Shown here: piece by piece, positions 54,336 through 63,690 of the stretch
Numbering within the stretch: position 1 is the stretch's first letter
Layout of the letters: every line of letters begins with the position of its first letter
From: an uncultured bacterium
GTDB lineage: Bacteria; Planctomycetota; UBA1135; GCA-002686595
Reading direction: 5' to 3'
NCBI GenBank assembly: GCA_943787795.1
Contig: CALSNU010000003.1
Span: 160,001-224,000, forward strand
DNA length: 64,000 nt
Notes under the pieces: model-generated
Told to the model about the DNA's origin: nothing
Seen by the model: only the letters and a program-made list of their open reading frames with translations
The model's database searches: none
Made by a program: the position numbers and the translations under genes

Positions 54336-56282
54336 ATGACTGCCCAGACAGAAAAGCACAGCTTCGAAGCCGAGGTCCAGCAGGTCCTCTCGCTCGTCAT
54401 CCACTCGCTCTACACCAACCGCGAGATCTTCCTCCGCGAGCTGATCTCCAACGCGAGTGATGCCCTCGACAAGCTCCGGTTCGAGTCGCTCACGGACGCC
54501 TCGCTGGTCGAGGAGGGGGAGACGCTGGGCGTGGCCCTGGAGGTCGACGCGGAGTCGAACGTACTGCGAGTCGCGGACAACGGGATCGGGATGGACCGCG
54601 AGGAGCTGACGAAGAACCTCGGCACCATCGCGAGCTCCGGCACGCGGCGCTTCCTGGAAGCGAGCGCATCGGACGGACAGGGCGACGAGCGCCCGGACCT
54701 CATCGGGCAATTCGGCGTCGGCTTCTACAGCGCCTTCATGGTGGCTGAAGAGGTGGTCGTCGAGACGCGCCGTGCGGGGAGCGACGAGGGCTGGCGCTGG
54801 AGTTCCAAGGGCGACGGCTCCTACGAGATCGAGCCGGTCGAGGGCCTGGCCCGCGGGACCGTCGTCTCGCTCCACCTCCGCGAGGCCGCCGAGGGAGAGG
54901 AAGGCGCCGGGCCGCGCAAGTTCCTCGAGGAGTTCACGCTCCGCGACGTGGTCCGCCGCTACAGCGACTTCGTCGAGTACCCCATTCAGATGGAGATCGA
55001 GCGGAACGAGCCCAAGCTCGATGACGAGGGCAAGCCAATCGAGGGAGAGACCGTCACCGAGACCAAGCTCGAGACCCTCAACTCGCAGAAGCCCCTGTGG
55101 TCGCGTCCCAGGTCGGAGATCACGGACGAGGAGCACGCGGAGTTCTACCGGCACCTGACGCACGACTGGAACGAGCCCTTCGGCAACCTGCACTTCAGCG
55201 CCGAGGGGGCGCTGGAGTACACCGCGCTCCTCTACCTGCCGAAGCAGCCGCCCTTCGATCAGTTCGACCCCTCCAACCGCGAGTCGAACGTCAGCCTCTA
55301 CGTCCGCCGGGTGCTCATCCAGCGTGAGTGCACCGAGCTCTTGCCCTCGTGGCTGCGTTTTGTGCGCGGCGTCGTGGAGTGCTCGGACCTACCCCTGAAT
55401 GTCTCCCGCGAGACCCTGCAGGACGACCCGCGCCTCGGCCAGATCCGCAAGCGTCTCGTGAAGAAGGTCCTCGACGAGCTGAGCTCGCTCCTGGGCAAGG
55501 ACCGCGAGGCCTACGCGTCCTTCTGGGAGGGCTTCGGCCAGGTCATCAAGGAGGGCATCTGGTCCGGCGACGATACCGAGGGGCGCATCGCGGGCGTCTG
55601 CCTGTTCGCGTCTTCCAACGGCGAGGCGCCGGTCACGCTCGAGGAGTACGTGGGACGGATGGCCGAGGGGCAGGACTCGATCCACGTCCTGACGGGTGCG
55701 GACCGCATCACGGTCGAGGCCTCGCCGCTGCTCGACGCCGTCCTGGAGCGAGGCGAGGAGGTGATCTATCTCATCGACCCCGTAGACGAGTGGATGCTGC
55801 AGCGGCTCACGGAGTTCGACGGCAAGAAGATCGTCCCGCTGGATCGCGCGGACGCGGCCGAGGACGACGACGCCCGCGAGAAGCGTGAGGAGCTCCAGAA
55901 GGAGCACGAGGGCCTGCTCGGTGCCCTGAAGGGACCGCTGGACCAGGAGATTGAAGAGGTCCGCTTCACCTCTCGTCTCAAGGACAGCCCCGCCGTCCTC
56001 GTCGCGGCAGAGGGCGGGATCTCTGGCCACATGGAGCGCATGCTCAAGCGGTCAGGGCAGGATGTGCCCCCGCAGAAGCGGGTGCTCGAGCTGAACCCGG
56101 ACCACGACCTCGTGAAGAGCCTCACCAAGCTCTACGGCGTCGACCAGAACTCCCCGAGGATCGCGGAGGCGGCCGAGGTGCTGCACGGCCAGGCGCTGCT
56201 CGCCGAGGGCGGCGCGCCGAAGGACCCCAAGCGCTTCGGGCAGCTGGTCACGGACCTGCTCCTGAATTCGGTGAAGGGCTGA
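54336..56282 (+). CDS. htpG: Chaperone HtpG (Hsp90)
   Basis: FEAEV, SLYTNREIFLRELISNASDALDKLR, DNGIGM, IGQFGVGFYSAFMVA, LPLNVSRE, LELNPDH. Confidence 0.97.
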   Translation: MTAQTEKHSFEAEVQQVLSLVIHSLYTNREIFLRELISNASDALDKLRFESLTDASLVEEGETLGVALEVDAESNVLRVADNGIGMDREELTKNLGTIASSGTRRFLEASASDGQGDERPDLIGQFGVGFYSAFMVAEEVVVETRRAGSDEGWRWSSKGDGSYEIEPVEGLARGTVVSLHLREAAEGEEGAGPRKFLEEFTLRDVVRRYSDFVEYPIQMEIERNEPKLDDEGKPIEGETVTETKLETLNSQKPLWSRPRSEITDEEHAEFYRHLTHDWNEPFGNLHFSAEGALEYTALLYLPKQPPFDQFDPSNRESNVSLYVRRVLIQRECTELLPSWLRFVRGVVECSDLPLNVSRETLQDDPRLGQIRKRLVKKVLDELSSLLGKDREAYASFWEGFGQVIKEGIWSGDDTEGRIAGVCLFASSNGEAPVTLEEYVGRMAEGQDSIHVLTGADRITVEASPLLDAVLERGEEVIYLIDPVDEWMLQRLTEFDGKKIVPLDRADAAEDDDAREKREELQKEHEGLLGALKGPLDQEIEEVRFTSRLKDSPAVLVAAEGGISGHMERMLKRSGQDVPPQKRVLELNPDHDLVKSLTKLYGVDQNSPRIAEAAEVLHGQALLAEGGAPKDPKRFGQLVTDLLLNSVKG

Positions 56283-56310
56283 GCCGGCGGGCGAGGCCCT
56301 GGAGCCAGGC

Positions 56311-56325
56311 TGCTATGGTCCAACC
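56311..56325 (+). promoter_or_regulatory. Putative extended -10 box TGcTATGGT, 6 nt before the aminotransferase ATG
   Basis: TGC-TATGGT-ccaacc-ATG. Confidence 0.55.
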
Positions 56326-57492
56326 ATGAGCCAACGTCTCCATGGCCTCGCCCAGTCCGAGATCCGCGCGATGACCCGCGCGGCGGACGCGGCGGGCGCG
56401 ATCAACCTCGGGCAGGGGATCTGTGACCTCCCGACGCCTGCGCCCGTGGCGGACGCCGCGGTCCAGGCCATCCGGGACCGCAAGAGCACCTACACGTACT
56501 GCGAGGGCGATGCAGATCTGCGGCGCAAGATCGCCGCGAAGCTCAAGCGGGTGAACGGGATCGAGGCGGACCCAGAGACCGACATCGTGGTGACCGCCGG
56601 CTCGGCCGCGGCCTTCACCTGCGTGCTCCACGGGCTCTTCGATCCGGGCGATGAGCTGCTGATCCCCGAGCCCTATTACGGCTATCACGTGGGCGCGGCC
56701 AAGGTCTCGGGGGTCGTCCCGGCCTGCGTCGGCCTCCGCGCCCCGGCCTTCGAGCTGACCGAGGACCTGCTGCAGGCGGCGATCACGCCCAGGACCCGCG
56801 GGCTCGTGCTGTGCACGCCCTCGAACCCCTCGGGCCGGATGCTCACTCGCGGCGAGCTCGAGGTCGCGGCGCGGGTGGCGGAGGAGCACGACCTGATTGT
56901 GATCACCGACGAGATCTACGAGTCGATCACCTACGACGGGCGCGAGCACATCTCGCCGGCCTCCATCTCGGACGCCATGGCGCGCCGCACGGTGACGATC
57001 CTGGGGCTCTCAAAGACCTTCAGCATCACGGGATGGCGGCTCGGGTACGTGGTCGCGCCAGCGGCCATGGCCGAGAAGCTCAAGCTCGTCCATGACCTCT
57101 TCTACATCTGCGCGCCGACACCGCTGCAGCACGGCGTGGCCGCTGGCTTCGACCTGGACGACGCCTTCTTCGAGGAGATGAGGGCGGACTACGACAGCAA
57201 GCGGGCCCTGCTCGTGGACACACTCCGAGAGATCGGGCTGACCCCGATCGTGCCCGAGGGCGCCTATTACATCCTCGCGGACGTTTCGGGGATGGGGGAG
57301 CCCACGGCCAAGGCCGCCGCCATGCGCCTCGTGGAGGAGGCGGGCGTGGCCGCGGTGCCGGGCACCGCCTTCTTCTCGGGGACGGCGGGGGAGACCGGCG
57401 AGGGGCTCGTCCGGTTCTGCTACGCCAAGGAGCAGGGGGCCCTCGAGGAGGCTTGCCGGCGGCTCCGCACCTGGGGAGCCGCGAGGGCGTAG
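56326..57492 (+). CDS. PLP-dependent aminotransferase class I/II
   Basis: INLGQG, TPSNPSG, TDEIYE, SKTFSITGWRLG, VPG.AF, VRFCYAK. Confidence 0.93.
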   Translation: MSQRLHGLAQSEIRAMTRAADAAGAINLGQGICDLPTPAPVADAAVQAIRDRKSTYTYCEGDADLRRKIAAKLKRVNGIEADPETDIVVTAGSAAAFTCVLHGLFDPGDELLIPEPYYGYHVGAAKVSGVVPACVGLRAPAFELTEDLLQAAITPRTRGLVLCTPSNPSGRMLTRGELEVAARVAEEHDLIVITDEIYESITYDGREHISPASISDAMARRTVTILGLSKTFSITGWRLGYVVAPAAMAEKLKLVHDLFYICAPTPLQHGVAAGFDLDDAFFEEMRADYDSKRALLVDTLREIGLTPIVPEGAYYILADVSGMGEPTAKAAAMRLVEEAGVAAVPGTAFFSGTAGETGEGLVRFCYAKEQGALEEACRRLRTWGAARA

Positions 57493-57502
57493 ACTCTCGT
57501 CG
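57490..57502 (+). promoter_or_regulatory. Putative -10 box TAGACT built on the upstream TAG stop, 7 nt before the next ATG
   Basis: TAGACT-ctcgtcg-ATG(57503). Confidence 0.5.
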
Positions 57503-58657
57503 ATGCCTGACTCCCAGGTCCAGCCGAAGCACAAGCTCCGCGTCCCTCGCGCGCGGCGCGGCCCCTTCCGGATCCTCCTCGGGACCCGTAAGGGGGCCTT
57601 CGTCATGGAGGGGGAAGGGACCCGCCGAGACTTCGAGGCGCCGCAGCCGGCCATGCTCGGCCGGACCTGCTTCCACATCGTGCGGGACCCGTTCCAGCGC
57701 GATGTGCTGCTGGCCGGGGTCCGCGGCCCCGGGGAGGCCCCGATGGTGATGAGGTCCGAGGACGCGGGCGTGAGCTGGGCCGCTGCCGACGAGCCGCCCC
57801 GCTTCGGACCGGCGGAGGCCGACGCGCCCTTCGAGCGAGAAGTCCACCAGGTCTTCTGGCTCTCCCCCGGGCACCCAGGTGACCGCGACACGTGGTTCGC
57901 CGGCACGTGCCCCCAGGGCCTGTTCCGTTCGGACGATGGAGGGAGGCGCTGGGCGCCCGTCGCCGGGCTGCACGGGCACCCGCGCTTCGAGGAGTGGACG
58001 GATCTCACGGGGGACCGGACGCCTGACGGCCCGAAGTTGCACTCGGTCCACGTGGACCCGCGCGCCTCGTCGCGCATGACCCTGGCCATGTCCAGCGGGG
58101 GCGTGCTTGCGACGGAGGATGGCGGGGAGAGCTGGGAGCGCCTGGCCGGCGGCCTTGACCATGACGCGGCCGTCACGCCGCAGCTGGTCGTCCCTGCCGC
58201 GACCAACCCCGACAGGCTTTGGATGCAGGGCCACCACGGCCTGCACCGCATGGACCGAGAGGAGGGCGTGTGGGTCCGTACCGGGCCGCGGGACCCCGAC
58301 GGCGAGTTCAACGATGCGGGCTTCGCCGTGGCCGTCCATCCTCACGATCCGGACACGTGCTGGGTGGTGCCGGTCGACGGCAAGAGCGGCGGCCGGAGGC
58401 TGCCGCTCGGAGGGCGCCCAGCACTCTACCGCACAACGGACGCCGGAGAGACTTGGGAGCGCCAGGGGGCCGGTCTCGCGGAGGAGGGCGCGTGGTGGAC
58501 CGTGAAGCGTCAGGCACTCGCCGTCGACGGCTGCGATCCGCTTGGCCTCTACCTCGGCACCTCATCGGGCGAGGTCTGGGCCTCGCGTGACGAGGGGGAG
58601 AGCTGGGCTCGAATCGCCAGCGGCCTGCCGGCGATCTACAGCGTGGAGATCGGCTGA
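57503..58657 (+). CDS. BNR/Asp-box repeat beta-propeller (sialidase-like fold)
   Basis: LGTRKG and multiple SxDxGxxW boxes (SEDAGVSW, SDDGGRRW, TEDGGESW, TTDAGETW, SRDEGESW). Confidence 0.85.
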   Translation: MPDSQVQPKHKLRVPRARRGPFRILLGTRKGAFVMEGEGTRRDFEAPQPAMLGRTCFHIVRDPFQRDVLLAGVRGPGEAPMVMRSEDAGVSWAAADEPPRFGPAEADAPFEREVHQVFWLSPGHPGDRDTWFAGTCPQGLFRSDDGGRRWAPVAGLHGHPRFEEWTDLTGDRTPDGPKLHSVHVDPRASSRMTLAMSSGGVLATEDGGESWERLAGGLDHDAAVTPQLVVPAATNPDRLWMQGHHGLHRMDREEGVWVRTGPRDPDGEFNDAGFAVAVHPHDPDTCWVVPVDGKSGGRRLPLGGRPALYRTTDAGETWERQGAGLAEEGAWWTVKRQALAVDGCDPLGLYLGTSSGEVWASRDEGESWARIASGLPAIYSVEIG

Positions 58658-58663
58658 GCCGCG

Positions 58664-60256
58664 ATGGAATCCCCCGACTCTCTGCCTCCCATCCACGGGG
58701 AGACGACGGCGCCCCGCGCCCTGCTTGCTCTCGCCCTCGCGATGGCGCTCCTGCCCTTCGCCTTCCTGGTCCACCGCTTCGACTTCATCTGCGACGACGC
58801 CTTCATCACCTTCCGCTACTCCCGGAATCTCGCGGAGGGGCTCGGGCTCGTCTACAACCCCCCTCAGCTCGAGGCTCCGGTCGAGGGCTACAGCGAGTTT
58901 CTCTGGGCGGGGCTCATGGCCTTCGGGATGAAGATCGGCGTGGGGCCCGAGCTGTTGAGCCGCATCCTCTCGGTACTCGCGGGATCGCTCATGGTCGCGG
59001 CCCTCGTCCGCGCGATCACGCGGCGGTACCCCGACGCGCCAGCGACCGTGCTGGCGTCGGCCTTGTTGGTCGGCACGGCGCCGCCGCTGGCGGTCTGGGC
59101 CACGGGCGGCATGGCCACCATGCCCACCGCTGCCCTCGCCGTCGCGCTCTTCCTGGTCGCCCACGGCGCTCCCGCCCAGAGCTGGAGGCGGCGGGCGCTC
59201 TTGCTCGGGCTGATCACCGCCGGGCTGACGCTGATGCGGGCGGACGCCGCCCTCCTTGTGGCCCTGATCCTGTCGCCGCCGATCATCACCGGGCTGAACC
59301 GCCGGGACGAGCTTCAGTGGCGTCCCGCCCTCGCCGCGGCGGGCACGGGAGCGCTGGTGTTCTTCGGTCAGATGGCGTGGCGCGGCTCGGTCTACGGGGA
59401 CTGGGTCCCCAACACCGCGCGCGTGAAGCTGGGCTTCTCCGGAGCTGCCGCCGAGCGGGGCCTGGACTACGTCGTCTCCGCGTGGCTCTCCATGCCTGGT
59501 CTCGGGCTGATGACGCTGGGTGCCTTCGCTGGCGCCTGGTGCAGCCGCCGCCGGGTCGGCGCGGCCGAGGCGAGCGGGGTGGCGGTCATGGTCGCGGGGG
59601 GCACCGCCTACGCCACCTCGTCGGGCGGCGACTTCATGTGCTTCGCCCGCTTCCTCGTGCCGGTGCTGCCCTTCGCGGTGCTCGGCTCGGCGGGCGCCTT
59701 GGCGTGGGTCGAGCGGCGTTCGCCCTCGGGGGCCTTCCTCGCCGGGGCGGCGACCGCGACGCTCTCGGTGCTCGCAGCCTTCGACGTGCATGTGGTCCCC
59801 GAAGCCACGCGGCTGAGGTTTCACTTCCGGCACAACCAGACCTTGATGGGGGTCAAGCCCTCGGCCTCCGAGGTTGAGCAGTGGCGCAACATGTCGGATC
59901 GCGCGGGTTACTGGGCGGAGGTGGGGCGTGCCCTGGCTCAGCATGCGCCGCCGCGCTCGTCTCTGGTGTACGGGGCCGTTGGGGCGATCGGCTTCCACTC
60001 GAACCTCTTCATCCACGACCGGAACGGGCTGGTGACCCGCGAGGTCGCCATGCGCCCTCCGCACCAGGAGCTCCGGTCGCCAGGGCACGACAAGGCGGTC
60101 CCGCCGGAGTTCTTCCTGCGCTACAGCCCGACGTTCCTCGACGCGGGCCTGTGTGCGGCGAACGCGTTCCCTCCGAGGCAGAAGGCGGGGGCGCGGGTGG
60201 AGGTGCTGGGGCCGGGCGGCCGCCCGGGGACGGTGCTCTGGGTGCAGCGCCCCTGA
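58664..60256 (+). CDS. GT-C fold membrane glycosyltransferase (AftB-like)
   Basis: CDDAFITFRYSRNL..G.G.VYN...VEGYS, YGDWVPNTARVK, GGDFM..RF, GL...VA, GH.K. Confidence 0.8.
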   Translation: MESPDSLPPIHGETTAPRALLALALAMALLPFAFLVHRFDFICDDAFITFRYSRNLAEGLGLVYNPPQLEAPVEGYSEFLWAGLMAFGMKIGVGPELLSRILSVLAGSLMVAALVRAITRRYPDAPATVLASALLVGTAPPLAVWATGGMATMPTAALAVALFLVAHGAPAQSWRRRALLLGLITAGLTLMRADAALLVALILSPPIITGLNRRDELQWRPALAAAGTGALVFFGQMAWRGSVYGDWVPNTARVKLGFSGAAAERGLDYVVSAWLSMPGLGLMTLGAFAGAWCSRRRVGAAEASGVAVMVAGGTAYATSSGGDFMCFARFLVPVLPFAVLGSAGALAWVERRSPSGAFLAGAATATLSVLAAFDVHVVPEATRLRFHFRHNQTLMGVKPSASEVEQWRNMSDRAGYWAEVGRALAQHAPPRSSLVYGAVGAIGFHSNLFIHDRNGLVTREVAMRPPHQELRSPGHDKAVPPEFFLRYSPTFLDAGLCAANAFPPRQKAGARVEVLGPGGRPGTVLWVQRP

Positions 60257-60292
60257 GCGGTCAGCGGAGTGGGCTCTGACGGTTCACGTCGG

Positions 60293-60332
60293 AACGAAAG
60301 GAGCCCCCGGGGCACCGTGCCCCGGGGGCTCC
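60293..60332 (-). terminator. Intrinsic terminator (possibly bidirectional) between convergent genes
   Basis: Perfect inverted repeat GGAGCCCCCGGGGCAC-C-GTGCCCCGGGGGCTCC, followed on the minus strand by TTTCGTT. Confidence 0.75.
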
Positions 60333-60372
60333 ACCCGGAGGGCCCATCCAACTTCCCTCACGGGTGGGGGAG

Positions 60373-60822
60373 TCAGCGTCGGTAGCGGTGGCCCACGTGG
60401 GTCACGCGGTGACGGGTGGGGCGGACCTGGACCCGCCGTGCCGGGACCCAGACTCGAATGGTGCGGGTCTTAAAGTGGCCAGGGACGTGACGGTAGGCGT
60501 AGTGACCGGCGCAGACCAGCGCGCGGACACGGCGACCGCAGGGGTCGTGGCGCCACTCGTAGCGGGGCTCGATCCAGACACGCTCTTGCCGGGCCGGGAT
60601 CCAGACCCTCTCGTTGCGCGTCTCGTGGTAGCCCCGGCAGGCGTTCCTGGAGGTGCCGTAGTGGACCCCGTATGACGGGGGCCGGACACTCAGGGTGGGG
60701 CGCTGGCCTCGGGCGCCGGAGGCCGTGAGCGGCTGGGCCACGGCAGGGCCTCCGAGGGCGGCGAGCAGGAGCAGGGCAGGTGCAAGCCTGGGCCATCTGC
60801 GGGCGGTGGGAGCGAGTCGCAT
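60373..60822 (-). CDS. Small secreted basic protein with YXWGXW-like (RVWxP/GH) repeats
   Basis: GGAGG SD upstream; signal peptide ending AVA-Q; RVWIPA, RVWIEP, VPGHF and RVWVPA repeats. Confidence 0.7.
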   Translation of the reverse strand: MRLAPTARRWPRLAPALLLLAALGGPAVAQPLTASGARGQRPTLSVRPPSYGVHYGTSRNACRGYHETRNERVWIPARQERVWIEPRYEWRHDPCGRRVRALVCAGHYAYRHVPGHFKTRTIRVWVPARRVQVRPTRHRVTHVGHRYRR

Positions 60823-61050
60823 CGGAATACCTCCGTGTTCAGGGGCGGCTAGCCAGGGGAGGTCCGTCGGGGGCCCCCTGGGGAATGAGCGCGCGGATAG
60901 CGCGGCATACCACCCCGGAAGCACGGACCGTGCCAGCTCGCCCAAACCGCCCTCATGAGGCCAACAGGGCCGATGCGGGGCCCGTCGAGTCTCTCGTGTC
61001 GTCCTCGCCGTCCCTGGGGGGTGTCCCCCCGGGAGGGCGCCGACGTGACC

Positions 61051-61836
61051 TCAGGAGGACAGCACGAACTGCTTCCTCGTCACGGTGATGCAGCCGATGG
61101 CGAGGAGGATGGCGGCCGTGACCATGAGGCGCTCCGAAGAGGCAGACGCGTCGAGGAACTTGGACGGCTCGAAGATCTCGAGGGAGCGCCAGTTGGCGCC
61201 GTCGTCGCCGACGAAGAGGGAGCGCAGATAGAACTGGAGACTGAGCTTCTGCGCAGACCCCGGGATATTCGCCAGCATCACCTCGAACGCGAACGCGTAC
61301 CCCAGAGCGATCACCTGGCCGCGCTTGAAGATCACGCCGATCACGGCCGCGCCGAGGGAGTAGAGGACCCCGGCCAGCAGCGTCGCGCCGACCAGGCCCT
61401 GGACGGCTTCGGGGGACGGTGGGCTGCTCGCTCGCATGGTGATGGCCGCGACGCCAGCCCCGCTGGCGAGGAGGAGCACGCTCAGGACCAGGAGGCTCGC
61501 CAGCCAGCGGCCAAGGAAGACCGAGGCCCTTGGGATGGGGCGGGTGAACGGATAGGTGATGGTGCGCGCCTCGGTCTCATCGGCGATCGCGCCGATGCCG
61601 AGAAACACGCCGAGAGCGGGCGCCACCACCTGCAGCAGGACGAGGACGCCGAGGTACATGAACACGCGCTCTCCCATGTCGCCGTCTCCGCCGATGTTCA
61701 GGGCGAGGAACGCGAACAGGGGCGGGATGGCCGCGAAGAGGATGCCCGCGAGCGCGCGGCGGGAGACGGCCGTCGCGGCCAGGTGCATCCGGAAGATCAG
61801 CCAGGTCGCCCTGGGGAGCTCGGTGATGAGGTTCAT
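61051..61836 (-). CDS. ABC-2 type permease
   Basis: IADETEARTITYPFTRPIPR...GRW; six TM helices. Confidence 0.85.
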   Translation of the reverse strand: MNLITELPRATWLIFRMHLAATAVSRRALAGILFAAIPPLFAFLALNIGGDGDMGERVFMYLGVLVLLQVVAPALGVFLGIGAIADETEARTITYPFTRPIPRASVFLGRWLASLLVLSVLLLASGAGVAAITMRASSPPSPEAVQGLVGATLLAGVLYSLGAAVIGVIFKRGQVIALGYAFAFEVMLANIPGSAQKLSLQFYLRSLFVGDDGANWRSLEIFEPSKFLDASASSERLMVTAAILLAIGCITVTRKQFVLSS

Positions 61837-61852
61837 GGATCGGGGTGGGTCC

Positions 61853-62776
61853 TCAGCCGACCAGGTAGTCAAAGACGGCCTCAAGGCTGGCGTCGTCGCT
61901 CTTGAAGCCCGAGACGCCAGCTCCTGCGGCGGCCGCCACGCCGGCGAAGGCGCTGTGGAAGGCCGCGATGTCGTCAGTCTCCACCGTCAGGGTGCCGGGG
62001 TCGGCGCCGAGCTTGATGGTGCGGATGTGGTCGAGGGGGAGGAGCGCGGTGGCCAGTCGCCGCGGGTTCCGGGCGACGAGGTCCACCCGGCTCGGGTGGC
62101 GTGAGATGAGCCGCCGGACCTCACGCACGCTGCCCTGTGCCAGGAGGCGTCCGCGGTGGATGAGGACCATCGTCTCCGTCAGGTTCTCGACCTCGTGCAG
62201 GACGTGGCTGGAGATGATGACAGAGCATCCGTCCTCGGCCAGCCCCCGGAAGAGCTCGTTGGTTTGCCTCCGCGCGATGGGGTCGAGTCCAGTCAGCGGC
62301 TCGTCCGCGATCACGAGCTTGGGCCCGTGGGCGATGGCCTGGGCGAGGCGGGTGCGCTGCCGCATCCCCTTGGAGTAGCCGTTGACCTTGCGGTCCATGG
62401 CGTCCTCGAGGCCGACGCGCTCCAGGGCGCGAACGGCGAGGCCGTCGGCCTCGCGTCGCGACCAGCCGCCGAGGCGGAGGAGGTCCCGGACGAACTGTCT
62501 GCCGGTCTGGTGCTCGTAGAGGGCGTCCTGCTGAGGGCAGAAGCCCAGATGGCGATGGAGCGCACGGTTCCCAAAGGGCGTCTCGCCGAGCACCGTCAGG
62601 CGGCCACGGGCCGGGCGAAGCTCGCCGACCATGAGCTTCATGAAGGTCGACTTGCCGGCACCATTGGGGCCGACGAGGCCCGTGATACCCGGCTCGAACT
62701 CCACCGACAGGTCACCGAGCCCGACGACCTCCCCGTACCAGCGGCCGAGGTTCTCAGCGAGGACGATGGCGCTCAT
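61853..62776 (-). CDS. ABC transporter ATP-binding protein
   Basis: GPNGAGKST, YSKGMRQR, DEPLTGLDP, SSH. Confidence 0.92.
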   Translation of the reverse strand: MSAIVLAENLGRWYGEVVGLGDLSVEFEPGITGLVGPNGAGKSTFMKLMVGELRPARGRLTVLGETPFGNRALHRHLGFCPQQDALYEHQTGRQFVRDLLRLGGWSRREADGLAVRALERVGLEDAMDRKVNGYSKGMRQRTRLAQAIAHGPKLVIADEPLTGLDPIARRQTNELFRGLAEDGCSVIISSHVLHEVENLTETMVLIHRGRLLAQGSVREVRRLISRHPSRVDLVARNPRRLATALLPLDHIRTIKLGADPGTLTVETDDIAAFHSAFAGVAAAAGAGVSGFKSDDASLEAVFDYLVG

Positions 62777-63690
62777 GAGCCCACCTCCAGCTTCCGGGTC
62801 TGACGGGCGAGGGTCGCGGCGCTCGCGAGGGTGAGCAGCCCGAGGACCCAGAGGGACGACTCGAGGTTCCAGCCGATCCCGGGGGAGGTCTGCCCGAGGA
62901 GGCTGTCAAAGACTCGCTTGAAGTTGTTGGGGATCGAGAGCAGGCGCCAGCCCTGGCCGCTCATCAGCTCCGCCATGGCGTTGGAGCCGGCGAGCGTGAG
63001 GAAGTAAAAGATGAACAGCCCCCCCAGGGCGCGGTTGCGTCGGTCCGTGAGGGAGGAGATGGCCAGCACGAGGATCCCGTGGAAGAAGACCCAGAGCACG
63101 GCGTACAACTCGAGCTTGAGGATCGTGTCCCATCGCTCGGTGAGGAAGGACCATTCCGGGGAGGCCAGGCTGGCCACCGAGCAGACGATGGTGACCGGAG
63201 CCACGACCGCCCACGCCCCCCAGAACATCACCGTCATCAGCTTGCCCGCGGTGTAGGTGTAGCGTGACAAGGGGCGGGCGAAATAGAGGAGGTTCGCTCT
63301 CAGCTTGCGGTCCTCGGCGATCAGCCCGGACCCGTACCAGCCCATGCTCAGTACCACGAAGAACTGCATGTTCGTGATCAGATCAAAGATCAGGCTCTCG
63401 ACCTGACCGATCTGACTCGAGAGCAGGGCGCCCATGGCCATGGTCTGGGCCGAAGGCTCCATGCCGGCCATGCCGGAGATGGTCCCCGCCTCCGCCTCGA
63501 ACTTGAGCTGGACCATGAAGCTCGTGACGATCGTGAAGATCCCCGGGATGAGGAACAGCAGGAGCATCGGCAGCTTCTTCTTGAAGCCGACGCGGATGCC
63601 CGACCACGCCAGCGTGACCGAGCGCAGGGGCCGCTCTCTGAGCTCGCCGTCGAAGCGACGATAGACCTCGGTGTGGGTGGTGGCCTTCAT
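62773..63690 (-). CDS. ABC-2 type permease
   Basis: GSGLIAEDRKLRANLLYFARPLSR..Y..GKL; multiple TM helices. Confidence 0.82.
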   Translation of the reverse strand: MKATTHTEVYRRFDGELRERPLRSVTLAWSGIRVGFKKKLPMLLLFLIPGIFTIVTSFMVQLKFEAEAGTISGMAGMEPSAQTMAMGALLSSQIGQVESLIFDLITNMQFFVVLSMGWYGSGLIAEDRKLRANLLYFARPLSRYTYTAGKLMTVMFWGAWAVVAPVTIVCSVASLASPEWSFLTERWDTILKLELYAVLWVFFHGILVLAISSLTDRRNRALGGLFIFYFLTLAGSNAMAELMSGQGWRLLSIPNNFKRVFDSLLGQTSPGIGWNLESSLWVLGLLTLASAATLARQTRKLEVGS

